DNA from: an uncultured Kiritimatiellota bacterium
GTDB taxonomy: Bacteria; Verrucomicrobiota; Kiritimatiellia; RFP12; DVOR01
NCBI GenBank assembly: GCA_944391065.1
Contig: CALXSH010000005.1
Coordinates: 1,876-65,875 of the forward strand
Length of the DNA stretch: 64,000 bases
Direction: 5' to 3'
Below the pieces are notes generated by a model. That model made no database searches. It saw only the letters and a program-made list of their open reading frames with translations, and was not told the origin of the DNA. Below, piece by piece: positions 9,498-20,084 of this stretch. Position 1 is the stretch's first letter, and each line of letters begins with the position of its first letter. The translations under genes and the position numbers were made by a program.

Positions 9498-12400
9498 TTA
9501 CTTCAATTTGAGGATCCAGCCCGGCATGGTGAAGGGCGCGATGCGCACCGTCGGATCGCCGAAAAGGGTCAACCCGGCACCCTCGGCAGCCGCGGCCGCG
9601 CCGACAGTCAGGTCAGGATTGGCGATCATGGCTTCGATTACGGCCATGCAGGCGGCGTGGGGCGTATCCGTATCCACCACGAGGCCGGTCCCGGTCAGCA
9701 CCGCGTCATACTCCTTGGGCGGCGCCAGCAACGTCAGCGCACCACCATACGGAGAAAGGACGAGCGTCTCGGCCACGGAGGGGTTGCTTCCGGCGGTCTG
9801 CCCCACTGAACCGATGGGGACCAGGGCCAGCGTGTGCAGGCCGGTCACGGCACCGTCTCCGAGCATATCGGCATCGAGCTTGACACCGTCATACCAACGG
9901 CTGATGACACCGGCGGAATCGCCACCCGTATCCGCGCCCTCCAGCCAGAGGAGCACGCCGTCACGCTTCACAGCATCACCGACACTGGCAATAAAGCGCT
10001 CCGGCGAAGGAGTCTGGAAGCAATAAATATCCGTCGCGCAGAAGGCCGCTTCCGTCAGCGGAGTGCGATTTGGAGAGAGCTTCCTCATCAGACGGTTCCG
10101 CTCACGCAGCGCGGTCATCGACACGCGTGCGCCCTGCGAGGGCATGTACCAAGCACGGTTGTCCGGTTCAGGCATACCGTCGATAGCCTCGTAGTTATGC
10201 TCAGGCGCTCCGGTGTAGCCCGAGCCTTCCGGATAGGTACCGCCAAGGAAGGTCACAACGCCGGGGCACCACGGCGCGGCCGCCTCGTGGCGTTGCAGTT
10301 TGGCCAGATAGTCTCCAATCTGCTGTTCGGCCGTGCGGGTTTCGGAGACGGTCACCACATTGACGTTGTCACGCTTGCCCAGAGTCTGCGTAGGGCGGAT
10401 GGGCAGCAGACCGACATACTTCCCGGCCAAAGGACCCACCGTCAGGGAGACTTCGGCTCCGTCTGTCGTGTCAGCCGTGGCACCGAGAATCACATAATCC
10501 GCGGGCTGGTTGAGCACGTAATCCGTCACCGCAGTACCCGCAGGAACATTCGAGGGGGAGGCCACCATGACGGTCCAGCTGCCGCCGTCCTCGGAGCTCT
10601 TCCAGGCGGCGTAGGACTCCCAGTAACCCATCTCCTTGTATTGACGGGGCGTCAGGATCAAGAGATTCCGAGCCCGGTTGGCCTCCGGCAGCGCTTCGGC
10701 TTCCGTGAGTGCCCCGTCGGCATAGACGGTAGGAGGCGTGACACCGGTCGAAATCAGACGGTAAGCATAGCGATTGCCGGCGACGGAAACGCACTCGACA
10801 CCGAAGCCCTCGGCCACGGTGAAGGTGAGATTCGACGTGGCGGTCTCGAGGAAGGTGCCGACACGTGTGCCGGTGACGGGGATGGGAGCGATAGCGGTCA
10901 CGGTGCCGGAGACGGTCAGCAGGCGCCCGGAGGTAAGCGCGGCCCCATCCAAGAGGCCGAGATTGTCCCCAAGCGAACCGCCGTCGAGCCGGGCAGGGCC
11001 TTGGACGATGACGGGGACATTGACATTGCGAAGCGAGAGGCGGGCACCCTCAGTAGAGGTCGTGACGGTCAGGGAGCCGGAGCCGTTGAGCGGAGCGGTC
11101 CAGGTAAGGACGGTGTTGGCGTTGCTGAGTTCCAGCGTAGCCTCATCCGACAGCGTGAGCGACGCATTACCCTCGGCTGTCACGGTGGCACTGTCCTGAA
11201 TGGTCAACGTGGTTGGCAGGGTGGCGGTGCCGGAGGGAACGATGAGGTCGGCACCGCTCAGAGTCAGCTTGGAGAGGTTAATACCCGGGCGGAGAACCAT
11301 CTTGGCGCCGCCTGAGAGCGTGAGGGGAGTGTCAATGGACTCGGTAGGTTCGAAGTCGACGCGGGTGCCGGAGACGGTCAAGGGGCCGCCGAGAACGAAG
11401 CGGGCGACGTCGAGACGAGCGGCGGGGGTATTGGCCGTCAGAGCGGCGACGCCCTCGGTCGTGAGGGTGCCGGCCCGCAGGGTCTTGTCGAGGGTCAGGG
11501 AGACACCCTCCGCCAGCGTCAGGTCACTGCCGGCATAGAATCCGCTCTCGGAGAGGCGGCAGGATTCGGCGATGCGCTGGGCAACGGGAGCCGTCACCCC
11601 ACCCGCCAGCCAGTCGGCCAGGGGTTGCTCTTCGGAACAGAAGGTGATGATCTTCTTCTGAGAAGTCAGGATGAAGGCCTTAGCCGTGGGACGGGAGGCC
11701 ATGGTGTCGACCTTTTCGCCGACGGTGGGATGGGAATACCAGAGGGTGTAGTTGTCGAGCGCGCCGGAGGCGCCGGCCTCGCGGAGTTCCTGACGGTCAT
11801 CATTGTCCTGAGGACGGATGCAGAGGATAGAGTTGCCATCCGCGGCGGCGATGGCCTCGTCCAGGGCGGTATGGACGATGAAGGAGGCTATGTCGGTGGG
11901 AGAGAGGACGGCCTCGTGTCCGCTGACGACGGCTTTGAGGTCGGCAAGGGTCATGCGGGGGGCGTCGTTACCGATGTAGACCTTATTCTCCTGCGTGGGG
12001 AAGGATTGGGAGGCATTGCCGCAGCGGACGGTATGGGCACCGTCGAACCACCCCCAGAGGCCATAGCGGCCGGCGTGATCGGTCAGGGTCGAGGCGATTT
12101 GTACGCCGTCGCGTTCGAGGGTGACGGGGGCATAAGGAATGGGGGCGCCGTTCCCGTCGACGACGGTACCGATGATGGGGAAAGCGTGGACGTCACGCGT
12201 GACGACTTCGGGGCGTTGGGCGACCATGGCGGCCAGGGCGTAGTCGAGTTTGCCGCCGGTGGCAGGGTAACGGCTGATTCGCGGCAAGGTATCCCAGAAG
12301 CCGGCTCCGCCGTAACCGAGGAAGATGGCGGTGCGGGGATTGTCGCCCTGGGCGTCGGTGCCGCAACCGTAGGCGACGACGGCATGGGCGCCGTAGCCGA

Positions 12401-12992
12401 GGTCAAGGCTGAGGGGAACGGGCGAACCGCAACGGATGGAGGCCCAGACGGCGGCTTCGATATCGTCCTGTGATGTGGCGTCGAGGTTGAGGGGAACGGT
12501 GTAGGCACTGGCGTAGCCGACGGCGGGGTGGCGCAGGGCGGTGCCGAGGTTGGCGAGCGGCGTGGTGGAGGCGGATTCGTTCGCGCCGTAGTGCATGTCA
12601 CTCAGGAGGCCGAGGTTGTAGAGGATGTCATAGACCGTGGCCATGCCGTCGGGGCGATTCGGCGTAGGGGACATAGAGGGCCAGTCAATCGGGCCGGCGC
12701 GAAGTTCGCGCTCGATATCGAAGATGACGGAGCCTTCGCCGAAGGCCCGCGGCCATTGAAGGGCCTCCATGGATGAGGCACCGGCGATGGCGACGCAGCC
12801 GGGCTGGTACTTCACGCCGAAGGGTTCGAGGGCGAAGTCCCGGTAGGGGTCGTACTGCGTCCAGTGGGTGGGAAAGTCGGTGGGCAGGGCAACGATATCG
12901 CGCGGGGCGCCGGCGGTTTCGGTGGCGGCGCGCAAACCGCACACGGCAAAACAACACATTGCGCAAATAAAGTGTGTAAGCGAAAACTTCAT
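9498..12992 (-). CDS. Secreted multidomain protein: N-terminal peptidase C10-like domain, carboxypeptidase-regulatory-like domain, beta-rich repeat region, C-terminal peptidase C25 (gingipain)-like domain
   Basis: HWTQYDPY, PGCVAIAGA..WP, DMHYG, HAVVAYG, LGYGG (C10); IIGTVVDGNGAPIPYAPVTL; NLLILTP..YAAWK and LFGDPTVRI (C25). Confidence 0.75.
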   Translation of the reverse strand: MKFSLTHFICAMCCFAVCGLRAATETAGAPRDIVALPTDFPTHWTQYDPYRDFALEPFGVKYQPGCVAIAGASSMEALQWPRAFGEGSVIFDIERELRAGPIDWPSMSPTPNRPDGMATVYDILYNLGLLSDMHYGANESASTTPLANLGTALRHPAVGYASAYTVPLNLDATSQDDIEAAVWASIRCGSPVPLSLDLGYGAHAVVAYGCGTDAQGDNPRTAIFLGYGGAGFWDTLPRISRYPATGGKLDYALAAMVAQRPEVVTRDVHAFPIIGTVVDGNGAPIPYAPVTLERDGVQIASTLTDHAGRYGLWGWFDGAHTVRCGNASQSFPTQENKVYIGNDAPRMTLADLKAVVSGHEAVLSPTDIASFIVHTALDEAIAAADGNSILCIRPQDNDDRQELREAGASGALDNYTLWYSHPTVGEKVDTMASRPTAKAFILTSQKKIITFCSEEQPLADWLAGGVTAPVAQRIAESCRLSESGFYAGSDLTLAEGVSLTLDKTLRAGTLTTEGVAALTANTPAARLDVARFVLGGPLTVSGTRVDFEPTESIDTPLTLSGGAKMVLRPGINLSKLTLSGADLIVPSGTATLPTTLTIQDSATVTAEGNASLTLSDEATLELSNANTVLTWTAPLNGSGSLTVTTSTEGARLSLRNVNVPVIVQGPARLDGGSLGDNLGLLDGAALTSGRLLTVSGTVTAIAPIPVTGTRVGTFLETATSNLTFTVAEGFGVECVSVAGNRYAYRLISTGVTPPTVYADGALTEAEALPEANRARNLLILTPRQYKEMGYWESYAAWKSSEDGGSWTVMVASPSNVPAGTAVTDYVLNQPADYVILGATADTTDGAEVSLTVGPLAGKYVGLLPIRPTQTLGKRDNVNVVTVSETRTAEQQIGDYLAKLQRHEAAAPWCPGVVTFLGGTYPEGSGYTGAPEHNYEAIDGMPEPDNRAWYMPSQGARVSMTALRERNRLMRKLSPNRTPLTEAAFCATDIYCFQTPSPERFIASVGDAVKRDGVLLWLEGADTGGDSAGVISRWYDGVKLDADMLGDGAVTGLHTLALVPIGSVGQTAGSNPSVAETLVLSPYGGALTLLAPPKEYDAVLTGTGLVVDTDTPHAACMAVIEAMIANPDLTVGAAAAAEGAGLTLFGDPTVRIAPFTMPGWILKLK

Positions 12993-13049
12993 CTGTGTCC
13001 CTCCGGCAGAGATTGTATCGGGTTGACGCTCTTGGGCACAAGCAAAAAC

Positions 13050-13154
13050 TCAGCAGCGGGCGCCGAGGATGAGGCCGAGGGCAGCGGCGAGGAGGCCGGA
13101 GAGGTTTTGGAGGAGGAGGTTGGCGCAGGCGGCGAGAACGAGTCTGAGGGTCAT
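13050..13154 (-). CDS. Putative 34-aa hydrophobic small protein (MTLRLVLAACANLLLQNLSGLLAAALGLILGARC)
   Basis: ATG at 13154 with upstream AAGGA, TGA at 13050-13052, GC3-rich codons; below the ORF-track length cutoff. Confidence 0.45.
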   Translation of the reverse strand: MTLRLVLAACANLLLQNLSGLLAAALGLILGARC

Positions 13155-13229
13155 GGGAGAAAGTCCTTGAGTTGGCGCGGTCCCCTGACTCAGGGGCTCT
13201 CACCTTTCAGCCCGAGTCATGCCGCGCAC

Positions 13230-13270
13230 AAAAAAAGCCCCGCTTGCACGGGTTTTGCGGAGCGGGGGTT
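13230..13270 (-). terminator. Intrinsic terminator after nadA
   Basis: GC stem AGCCCCGCT/AGCGGGGGTT followed by a T7 run on the - strand. Confidence 0.7.
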
Positions 13271-14319
13271 CAGAGGGCGAGCATCCGCTCGACGCAGGCG
13301 CGGGCGTCGGGGACGAGGGCCGGATCGACGGTGACGCGGCGGGATTCAGGCCAGTCGCGCAGGGTCGTGAGGAGGTCGTCCAGCGTGGTTTTGCCCATGT
13401 CCTCGCAGACGATGGGCCGGAGAGGGCGGATGGTGAGCCCGGGATGGTCGGCCGTGAGGCGTTCGACCAGGTGCTGTTCGGTGCCGATCAGGTAGCTGCC
13501 GCCGGGTGCGGCAGCCTCGACGGCGGCGATGATCTCCTTGGTGGAGCCGGCCATCTCGGCCTGAGCGGCCACGGGCGAGGGCGCTTCGGGATGGATCAGC
13601 AGTGTCGCGCCGGGGGCCGCGGCACGGGCGGCGGCGACGTCCTCGGAGGTGAAACCGGCATGAATCGGGCAGCACCCGCTCCAGGCGATGACGCGGCTGC
13701 GGCGGATGACGTCGGGCGTCAGGCCGCCGTCAGGCAGTTCGCGCTGCCAGAGGGCATGGGAGTCCTCGGGATAACCGAGGGTGCGCAGGATGTTGGCGCA
13801 GAGGTGCTGATCGGGGGCAAAGAGGATTTTGGCGCCCTGATCGAGAAAGCGGCGGAGGACGCGGAGGCCGTTGCCGGAGGTGCAGGCGGAACCGCCGTAG
13901 CGGCCGCAGAAGGCTTTGACGTCGGCGGTGGAATTGACGTAGACGATGGGCACCCAGCGGCTGTCGGGGTCGGCGGCGGCAATCTGTGCCCAAGCCGCCT
14001 CGAGGGCATCGGCGGAGGCCATGTCGGCCATGGGGCAGCCGGCGGAGGGGGCCGGCTGATAGACGCGGCGGCCGAGGTCTTCACCCCGGGGGCCGCGGAC
14101 CAGGATGTCGGCCGTTTCGGCCATGAAGCGGACGCCGCAGAAGACGATACGGTTGGCCTTGGAGGCGGCGGCGATGCGGGAGAGCTCCAGGGAGTCGCCG
14201 ACGGCGTCGCAGTGGGCGACGACGGCGGAGTCCTGATAGTGGTGGCCGAGAATGAGCAGGTCATCGCCCTGCCCGCGGCGGATGGCATCGATGGCGGCGG
14301 CGGTTTCGGCAACGGTCAT
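13270..14319 (-). CDS. nadA: Quinolinate synthase A
   Basis: ILGHHYQ, GDSLELS, FCGVRFMAETADIL, AGCPMADM, YVNS, CTSGN, GCCPIH, HPE, CEDM. Confidence 0.95.
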   Translation of the reverse strand: MTVAETAAAIDAIRRGQGDDLLILGHHYQDSAVVAHCDAVGDSLELSRIAAASKANRIVFCGVRFMAETADILVRGPRGEDLGRRVYQPAPSAGCPMADMASADALEAAWAQIAAADPDSRWVPIVYVNSTADVKAFCGRYGGSACTSGNGLRVLRRFLDQGAKILFAPDQHLCANILRTLGYPEDSHALWQRELPDGGLTPDVIRRSRVIAWSGCCPIHAGFTSEDVAAARAAAPGATLLIHPEAPSPVAAQAEMAGSTKEIIAAVEAAAPGGSYLIGTEQHLVERLTADHPGLTIRPLRPIVCEDMGKTTLDDLLTTLRDWPESRRVTVDPALVPDARACVERMLAL

Positions 14320-14765
14320 GGGCGCTCCTCCAGATAGAATTCGGCACGGCGATCGGTGTCGCCGAGGCGGGTGAGGCAGAGGCGGTAGCGGACGGGGGCC
14401 TCGGCATCGAGGACGCGCCGGGCGCGTTCGGGCCATTCGACGGCGAGGCGGTCACCGGCCTCGAGGGCTTCGGTGAAGCCGAGGTCGTAGAGACCTTCGG
14501 GAGAGGCCAGGCGATAGAGGTCGAAGTGGACGAGGTGTCCGCCGGAAGGGATGGGATAGGTATTGGCCAGGACGAAGGTCGGACTGGTCACCGCGCGGGT
14601 GATGCCCAGCGCCCTGGCGAGGGCCTGGACGAAGGTCGTTTTACCGGCGCCGAGGTCCCCCTCGAGGAGAAGGAGGGAGCCGGGTCCCAGAGACAGAGCC
14701 ACCTCCGCGGCCAGCGCGGAGGTGTCGCTGAGCGTGTGCAGATCGCGGGCGAAGAGCAGACGCAT
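14316..14765 (-). CDS. tsaE: tRNA threonylcarbamoyladenosine biosynthesis ATPase
   Basis: GDLGAGKTT, VTSPTF, HFDLYRL, VEWPE. Confidence 0.95.
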   Translation of the reverse strand: MRLLFARDLHTLSDTSALAAEVALSLGPGSLLLLEGDLGAGKTTFVQALARALGITRAVTSPTFVLANTYPIPSGGHLVHFDLYRLASPEGLYDLGFTEALEAGDRLAVEWPERARRVLDAEAPVRYRLCLTRLGDTDRRAEFYLEERP

Positions 14766-14772
14766 AACCGGA

Positions 14773-14994
14773 TTACATCACGCGTTCGACGGTGATCTCG
14801 GGATCGATTTCCTCACGCAGCACGCGCTCGATGCCGCTCTTGAGGGTCATCATGGCGTGGGGGCAGCATCCGCAGGCGCCGCGGAGGCGGACGTGGACGC
14901 ACTTGCCGTCGATGTCGACGAGTTCCAGGTCACCGCCGTCGGCCTGAAGCATGGCACGGAGGCTCTCGAGTTTCTCACGGATTTTGTCATTCAT
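14773..14994 (-). CDS. NifU C-terminal domain / NfuA-like Fe-S carrier
   Basis: LQADGGDLELV, GACGCCP, TLKSGIE. Confidence 0.9.
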   Translation of the reverse strand: MNDKIREKLESLRAMLQADGGDLELVDIDGKCVHVRLRGACGCCPHAMMTLKSGIERVLREEIDPEITVERVM

Positions 14995-15040
14995 GAGGGA
15001 TATTCCTTTCGTTTTGGGGCAATACTATAGCAAAGCGGCT

Positions 15041-15505
15041 CTATTCGCGGCGGAGTTTGCGGGCGATTTTGCGGACTTCGTCGACGAACTGGGCGGGTTC
15101 CTCGAAGGCCCAGTAGACGGAGGCAAAGCGGAGATAGGCGACGCCGTCGAGTTTGCGCAGGCGGTCCATGATGAGGGTGCCGATGGCCTCGGAGGAGACT
15201 TCGGCGCCGCCGCGGCGTTCAAGCTCGAGGGTGACGTCGGCGATGAGGCGGTCGATGTCGGCGCTTCGGATGGGACGCTTCTGGCAGGCGGACCGGAGGC
15301 CGCGTTCGATTTTGGCGCGGTCAAAGGCCTCGCGGCGGCCGTCGCGCTTGACGACCATCAGGACGTGCTGCTCGATGCGTTCGTAGGTGGTGAAGCGGGC
15401 CCCGCATTTGCGGCAGCGGCGGCGGCGCCGGACGAAGGAGGCGTCTTCGGGCTCGCGGGTATTGACGACCTGATCTTCAGTCGAACCGCAGACGGGGCAG
15501 CGCAT
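15041..15505 (-). CDS. nrdR: Transcriptional repressor NrdR
   Basis: MRCPVC, RRRRRCRKC..RFTTYE, ATP cone, AYLRFASVY. Confidence 0.97.
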   Translation of the reverse strand: MRCPVCGSTEDQVVNTREPEDASFVRRRRRCRKCGARFTTYERIEQHVLMVVKRDGRREAFDRAKIERGLRSACQKRPIRSADIDRLIADVTLELERRGGAEVSSEAIGTLIMDRLRKLDGVAYLRFASVYWAFEEPAQFVDEVRKIARKLRRE

Positions 15506-15521
15506 GGAGGGGCCTTCCGAA

Positions 15522-16286
15522 TCAGACGATGGTGCGCATCGCGGCCTGGGCGATGGCGGCGCCGTCGTTACCCTCGATGACGGCCATGGCGCGCTTATCG
15601 AGCATCGGCAGGGCGGCCGGGCGCTTCTCGGCGTCGTAGACGACGGCCGGGATGTCCCGGAAGCTCGGCAGGCGGCGGAGCATGCCGATGACGTCCTCGG
15701 CGCCCATGCCGACGGAGTCGAGGGGAATCACGAGGCCGGCGGGATGGCGGGAGACAACGGCCTCGACGGCCTCGCCGCCGGTACGGACGACTTCGGCGGA
15801 GAAGCCGGCCTTGCCGAGGGCCTCACGGAGGGCGTTGGCACGGATGGCATTGGGCTCGGCCAGCACGAGGAGACGCTGGGCGTCGTCGCCGACAATCATC
15901 GTGTCGCCGCGGGGCAGGTCCGATTCTGTGAAGAGGATGCGCTGGATCTCCGCGGCCAGCTCGTCGGGGTCGGCGGGCTTGGTCATGAAGCCGGCGATCT
16001 TCTTATCGGCGAAGTATTCGGCCATGTCGCTGCGGGCCGTCAGCACAAGGACCGGGACGCGGGTGTAACCGTGGCGGTCGGTGATGCGCTCGAGGAAACC
16101 GGTGCCGCCCATGCCGGGCATGCCCATGTCCAACAGCACAAGGTCAGGGAGCGATTCGGTCATCAACCGAAGCGCTTCCTCGCCGGAGGAGGCCACGGTG
16201 ACCTCGTATCCGGCACCAATCAGGAAGTCGCCCAGCATCATCTGGACGTTCGGGTCGTCGTCGACCAGCAGCAGCTGCTTGGCCAT
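15522..16286 (-). CDS. Response regulator with two receiver domains (second degenerate) and no DNA-binding output
   Basis: LLLVDDD, PDLVLLDMGMPGMGG, VLVLTA, KP; second REC-like half. Confidence 0.85.
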   Translation of the reverse strand: MAKQLLLVDDDPNVQMMLGDFLIGAGYEVTVASSGEEALRLMTESLPDLVLLDMGMPGMGGTGFLERITDRHGYTRVPVLVLTARSDMAEYFADKKIAGFMTKPADPDELAAEIQRILFTESDLPRGDTMIVGDDAQRLLVLAEPNAIRANALREALGKAGFSAEVVRTGGEAVEAVVSRHPAGLVIPLDSVGMGAEDVIGMLRRLPSFRDIPAVVYDAEKRPAALPMLDKRAMAVIEGNDGAAIAQAAMRTIV

Positions 16287-16341
16287 GGGGGCACCTTTCA
16301 ACGGAGACGGGTACCGGCGGGGCCGGTACCCGCCGGCAGGG

Positions 16342-17751
16342 TTATTCGGAGAGAAACGCCAGGTAGGCGCGGTAGGTCATGTAGCAGTCGTACTTCGTGA
16401 CCAGCTCCCATGGGGCGTGCATATTGAGCATCGGGACACCGAAGTCGACCACGTTCATGCCGTAGCGGGCCATAAAGAGGGCGATGGTGCCGCCGCCGCC
16501 TTTGTCGGCCTGGCCGAGTTCGCCGGCCTGCCAGACGACGCCGTGCTTGGAGAAGATCCTGCGCAGGGAGGCGAGGTACTCGGGATGGGCGTCGGAAGAA
16601 CCGGATTTGCCGCGGGAGCCGGTGTACTTGATGAGGCTGCCGCCGCCATTGAGACAGGCCATGTTGTTGGCGGAGTCGGCGATGGGGAAGTGCGGATCAC
16701 TTGCGGCGCAGACGTCGGCCGAGAGCATATCGCTGGCTTCGAGGGCGCGGCGGACGGCGATGTCGCCGGCGGTGGGCTCCTGGCGGACGATGAGTTCGGC
16801 CACGGAGTTCTCGAAGAAGGTGGAATCCATGCCGGTGGAACCGACGGAACCGATCTCCTCCTTGTCGCAGAGCAGGACCATGCCGGTGCGCTCGGGCACT
16901 TCGGGCAGATCCATCAGGGCGCGCAGGCCGGCGTAGGCGCAGACGCGGTCGTCATGGCCGTAACCGAGTATGGCGGAGCGGTCGAAGCCGAGTTCGCGCG
17001 GCATGCCGGCGGGAACGAGTTCGAGTTCGGCGGAGATGAGGTCTTCCTCGGTGATGCCGTACTTCTCGCCCAGGATGCGGAGGATGTTGAGGCGGACCTT
17101 GTCCTTGAAGTCCTCGTCGTCGTCGGCCTCGGCCGCGGGCAGGGTGCCGATGATGGGGTCGAGATCCTCGGCCACAAAGGCCTCGCCGAGCTTCTTGCCG
17201 GACTGTTCGGCGCCGAAGTGCGGCAGGATATCGGAAATCATGAAGACGGGGTCGGCCGGGTCATCGCCGACGGCGATGTCGACGCGGGTGCCGTCAGGCT
17301 TGATGACGGTCCCGTAGAGGGCCAGGGGCATAGCGACCCACTGGAACTTCTTGATGCCACCGTAGTAGTGGGTGTCGAGATAGGCGAGGCCGCCCTTTTC
17401 GTAGAGCGGGACGGGCTTGCAGTCGATGCGCGGGGCATCGGTGTGGCCACCGATGACGTGAATGCCGGCGGAGACCGGAGCCTTGCCGATGACCGCGGCC
17501 ATCAGCGTCTTGCCGCAGTAACCGCGGTAGACGCGGTCGCCCGGACGCAGCGTCTCAAAGGTCTTCAGTTCGCGGAAGCCCAGCGCTTCGATGCGGCGGA
17601 CGGCTTCGGCGTAGGCGCGGCGTTCGGTCTTGGCGATGCCAAGGTAGCTCATGTAGTCGGCGGCGTAGGCGGCGCAGGCCTCGGTTTCGGCCGGGGTCAG
17701 CTTACGGCACTGATTCTCGCGTTTGACGAGTCCTTCGGGTTTGTTAGCCAT
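16342..17751 (-). CDS. M18 family aminopeptidase
   Basis: GGHTDAPRID, THYYGGIKKFQW, GHDDRVC, DKEEIGS, NMHAPWE. Confidence 0.92.
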   Translation of the reverse strand: MANKPEGLVKRENQCRKLTPAETEACAAYAADYMSYLGIAKTERRAYAEAVRRIEALGFRELKTFETLRPGDRVYRGYCGKTLMAAVIGKAPVSAGIHVIGGHTDAPRIDCKPVPLYEKGGLAYLDTHYYGGIKKFQWVAMPLALYGTVIKPDGTRVDIAVGDDPADPVFMISDILPHFGAEQSGKKLGEAFVAEDLDPIIGTLPAAEADDDEDFKDKVRLNILRILGEKYGITEEDLISAELELVPAGMPRELGFDRSAILGYGHDDRVCAYAGLRALMDLPEVPERTGMVLLCDKEEIGSVGSTGMDSTFFENSVAELIVRQEPTAGDIAVRRALEASDMLSADVCAASDPHFPIADSANNMACLNGGGSLIKYTGSRGKSGSSDAHPEYLASLRRIFSKHGVVWQAGELGQADKGGGGTIALFMARYGMNVVDFGVPMLNMHAPWELVTKYDCYMTYRAYLAFLSE

Positions 17752-17788
17752 GTTTCTCCTGTAGTGTTGTAATTACGTCCGTTCGGGC

Positions 17789-18898
17789 TCAGAGTCCGTT
17801 GCGGTAAATGTCGATGACCTCCGCGGGGGTCGGCATGGCGCGGTAGCGCCGCATCATCTCCAGACGGAGCGGCGTGAGGGAGAAGGCCCGCAGCTCATCC
17901 TCCGTCAGCGACGCGCGCGACAGCCCGAGTCCGTCGATCAGCGCATCGACCAACGCCTGCAGGGCGTCGGGGGACTCCATCCCCATCGCGGCCAGGACGC
18001 GCTTGGTGAGCTCGGGGCAGTGTTCGGTCATAAAGGTCAGATAGCCCGGCAACAGGAGGCCGTTGGCGCGGCCGTGGGGCATGCCCTTGTGGTAGGTCAG
18101 CGGATACCCCATCGCGTGCACGAGCGCCGTGCCCGTCTGGGCGATGGCCATGCCGGCCACCATGGAGGCGTAGTGGAGCGCGGCGCGGTTGACGAACATC
18201 CCGTGCGTCATGCGCAGCAGTTCCGGCACGATGACGCTCATCGCCTCAAAGGCCAGCATGCACGAAGCCTTGGTCGAGCGCAGCGAATAAACGCTCTCAA
18301 TGGCGTGCGACAGCGCGTCGAGTGCCGTGTCGCAAAGAACGGCCTGAGGCAGATTCTCCAGATAGGCCGCGTCGAGCAGCGCCACGCGCGGGAAGAGCGC
18401 GGAGGCGGAGATGTTGGTCTTGGACTGAATCTTGTGGTTGGTGATAATGGCGTACGGCGTCACTTCGCTGCCCGTGCCGCAGGTCAGCGGCACCGCCACG
18501 ATGGGGAGCACCCTATCGGACGGGCCCGGCAGACGGCCGAAGAAGGCCTCCCGCTCGATGCCGGCGCCGGCCACCCAGGCAATCGCCTTGCCGGCGTCCA
18601 TCGGCGAACCGCCGCCGACCGCCACAACGAAGTCACATCCCTCGCGGCGGGCGATTTCCGCGCCGTCGTAAACCTGCGCGTCATCCGGGTTGGCACGGAT
18701 GCCGTCATCTATCACGTACGGCGTCTGCTGCGATTCCAGCGCGGCGATGACATCATCCAGCGCGCCGGAGGCCTTGGCGCTCTGCACCCCCGTTACGATC
18801 AGGGCCTTGCGGCCCAGGTTCCAGTCGGCGGCATGGTTACGGACCGCGCCGCGTTCCGCGATCACCGTCGTCGGCAGAGAAAATCGAAATCTATCCAT
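17789..18898 (-). CDS. Iron-containing alcohol dehydrogenase
   Basis: GGGSPMDAGK, GTGSEVT, DALSHAIES, HAMGY, HGRAN. Confidence 0.92.
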   Translation of the reverse strand: MDRFRFSLPTTVIAERGAVRNHAADWNLGRKALIVTGVQSAKASGALDDVIAALESQQTPYVIDDGIRANPDDAQVYDGAEIARREGCDFVVAVGGGSPMDAGKAIAWVAGAGIEREAFFGRLPGPSDRVLPIVAVPLTCGTGSEVTPYAIITNHKIQSKTNISASALFPRVALLDAAYLENLPQAVLCDTALDALSHAIESVYSLRSTKASCMLAFEAMSVIVPELLRMTHGMFVNRAALHYASMVAGMAIAQTGTALVHAMGYPLTYHKGMPHGRANGLLLPGYLTFMTEHCPELTKRVLAAMGMESPDALQALVDALIDGLGLSRASLTEDELRAFSLTPLRLEMMRRYRAMPTPAEVIDIYRNGL

Positions 18899-19082
18899 GG
18901 TACTCCCTGATGGCTTCAGTGCTTCCTATTGTAGCAGAATGGACCCGTTACAGAATATTCCCGCGTGACTCCGCTGGCGGTGCGGTCCGCGGTACGCCGC
19001 GGCGCAGGGCAGGGAAAGGGCTTTGGCGGGCTACCGTCCCGCGTGGTATACTGTCATCCAAAACAGGAGGAGATTCCGATTT

Positions 19083-20063
<981 letters not shown>

Positions 20064-20084
20064 GCCCACCTTCCGCGGCCACCC

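Noticed and set aside
5404-10026. 1540-aa + strand ORF, and similar long ORFs at 35846-38143, 38683-40890, 40712-43018, 53847-56789 (- track entry opposite frame aside) and 56987-61087
   Set aside because: Stop-poor shadow frames produced by high-GC codon bias opposite well-supported genes; no recognisable domains
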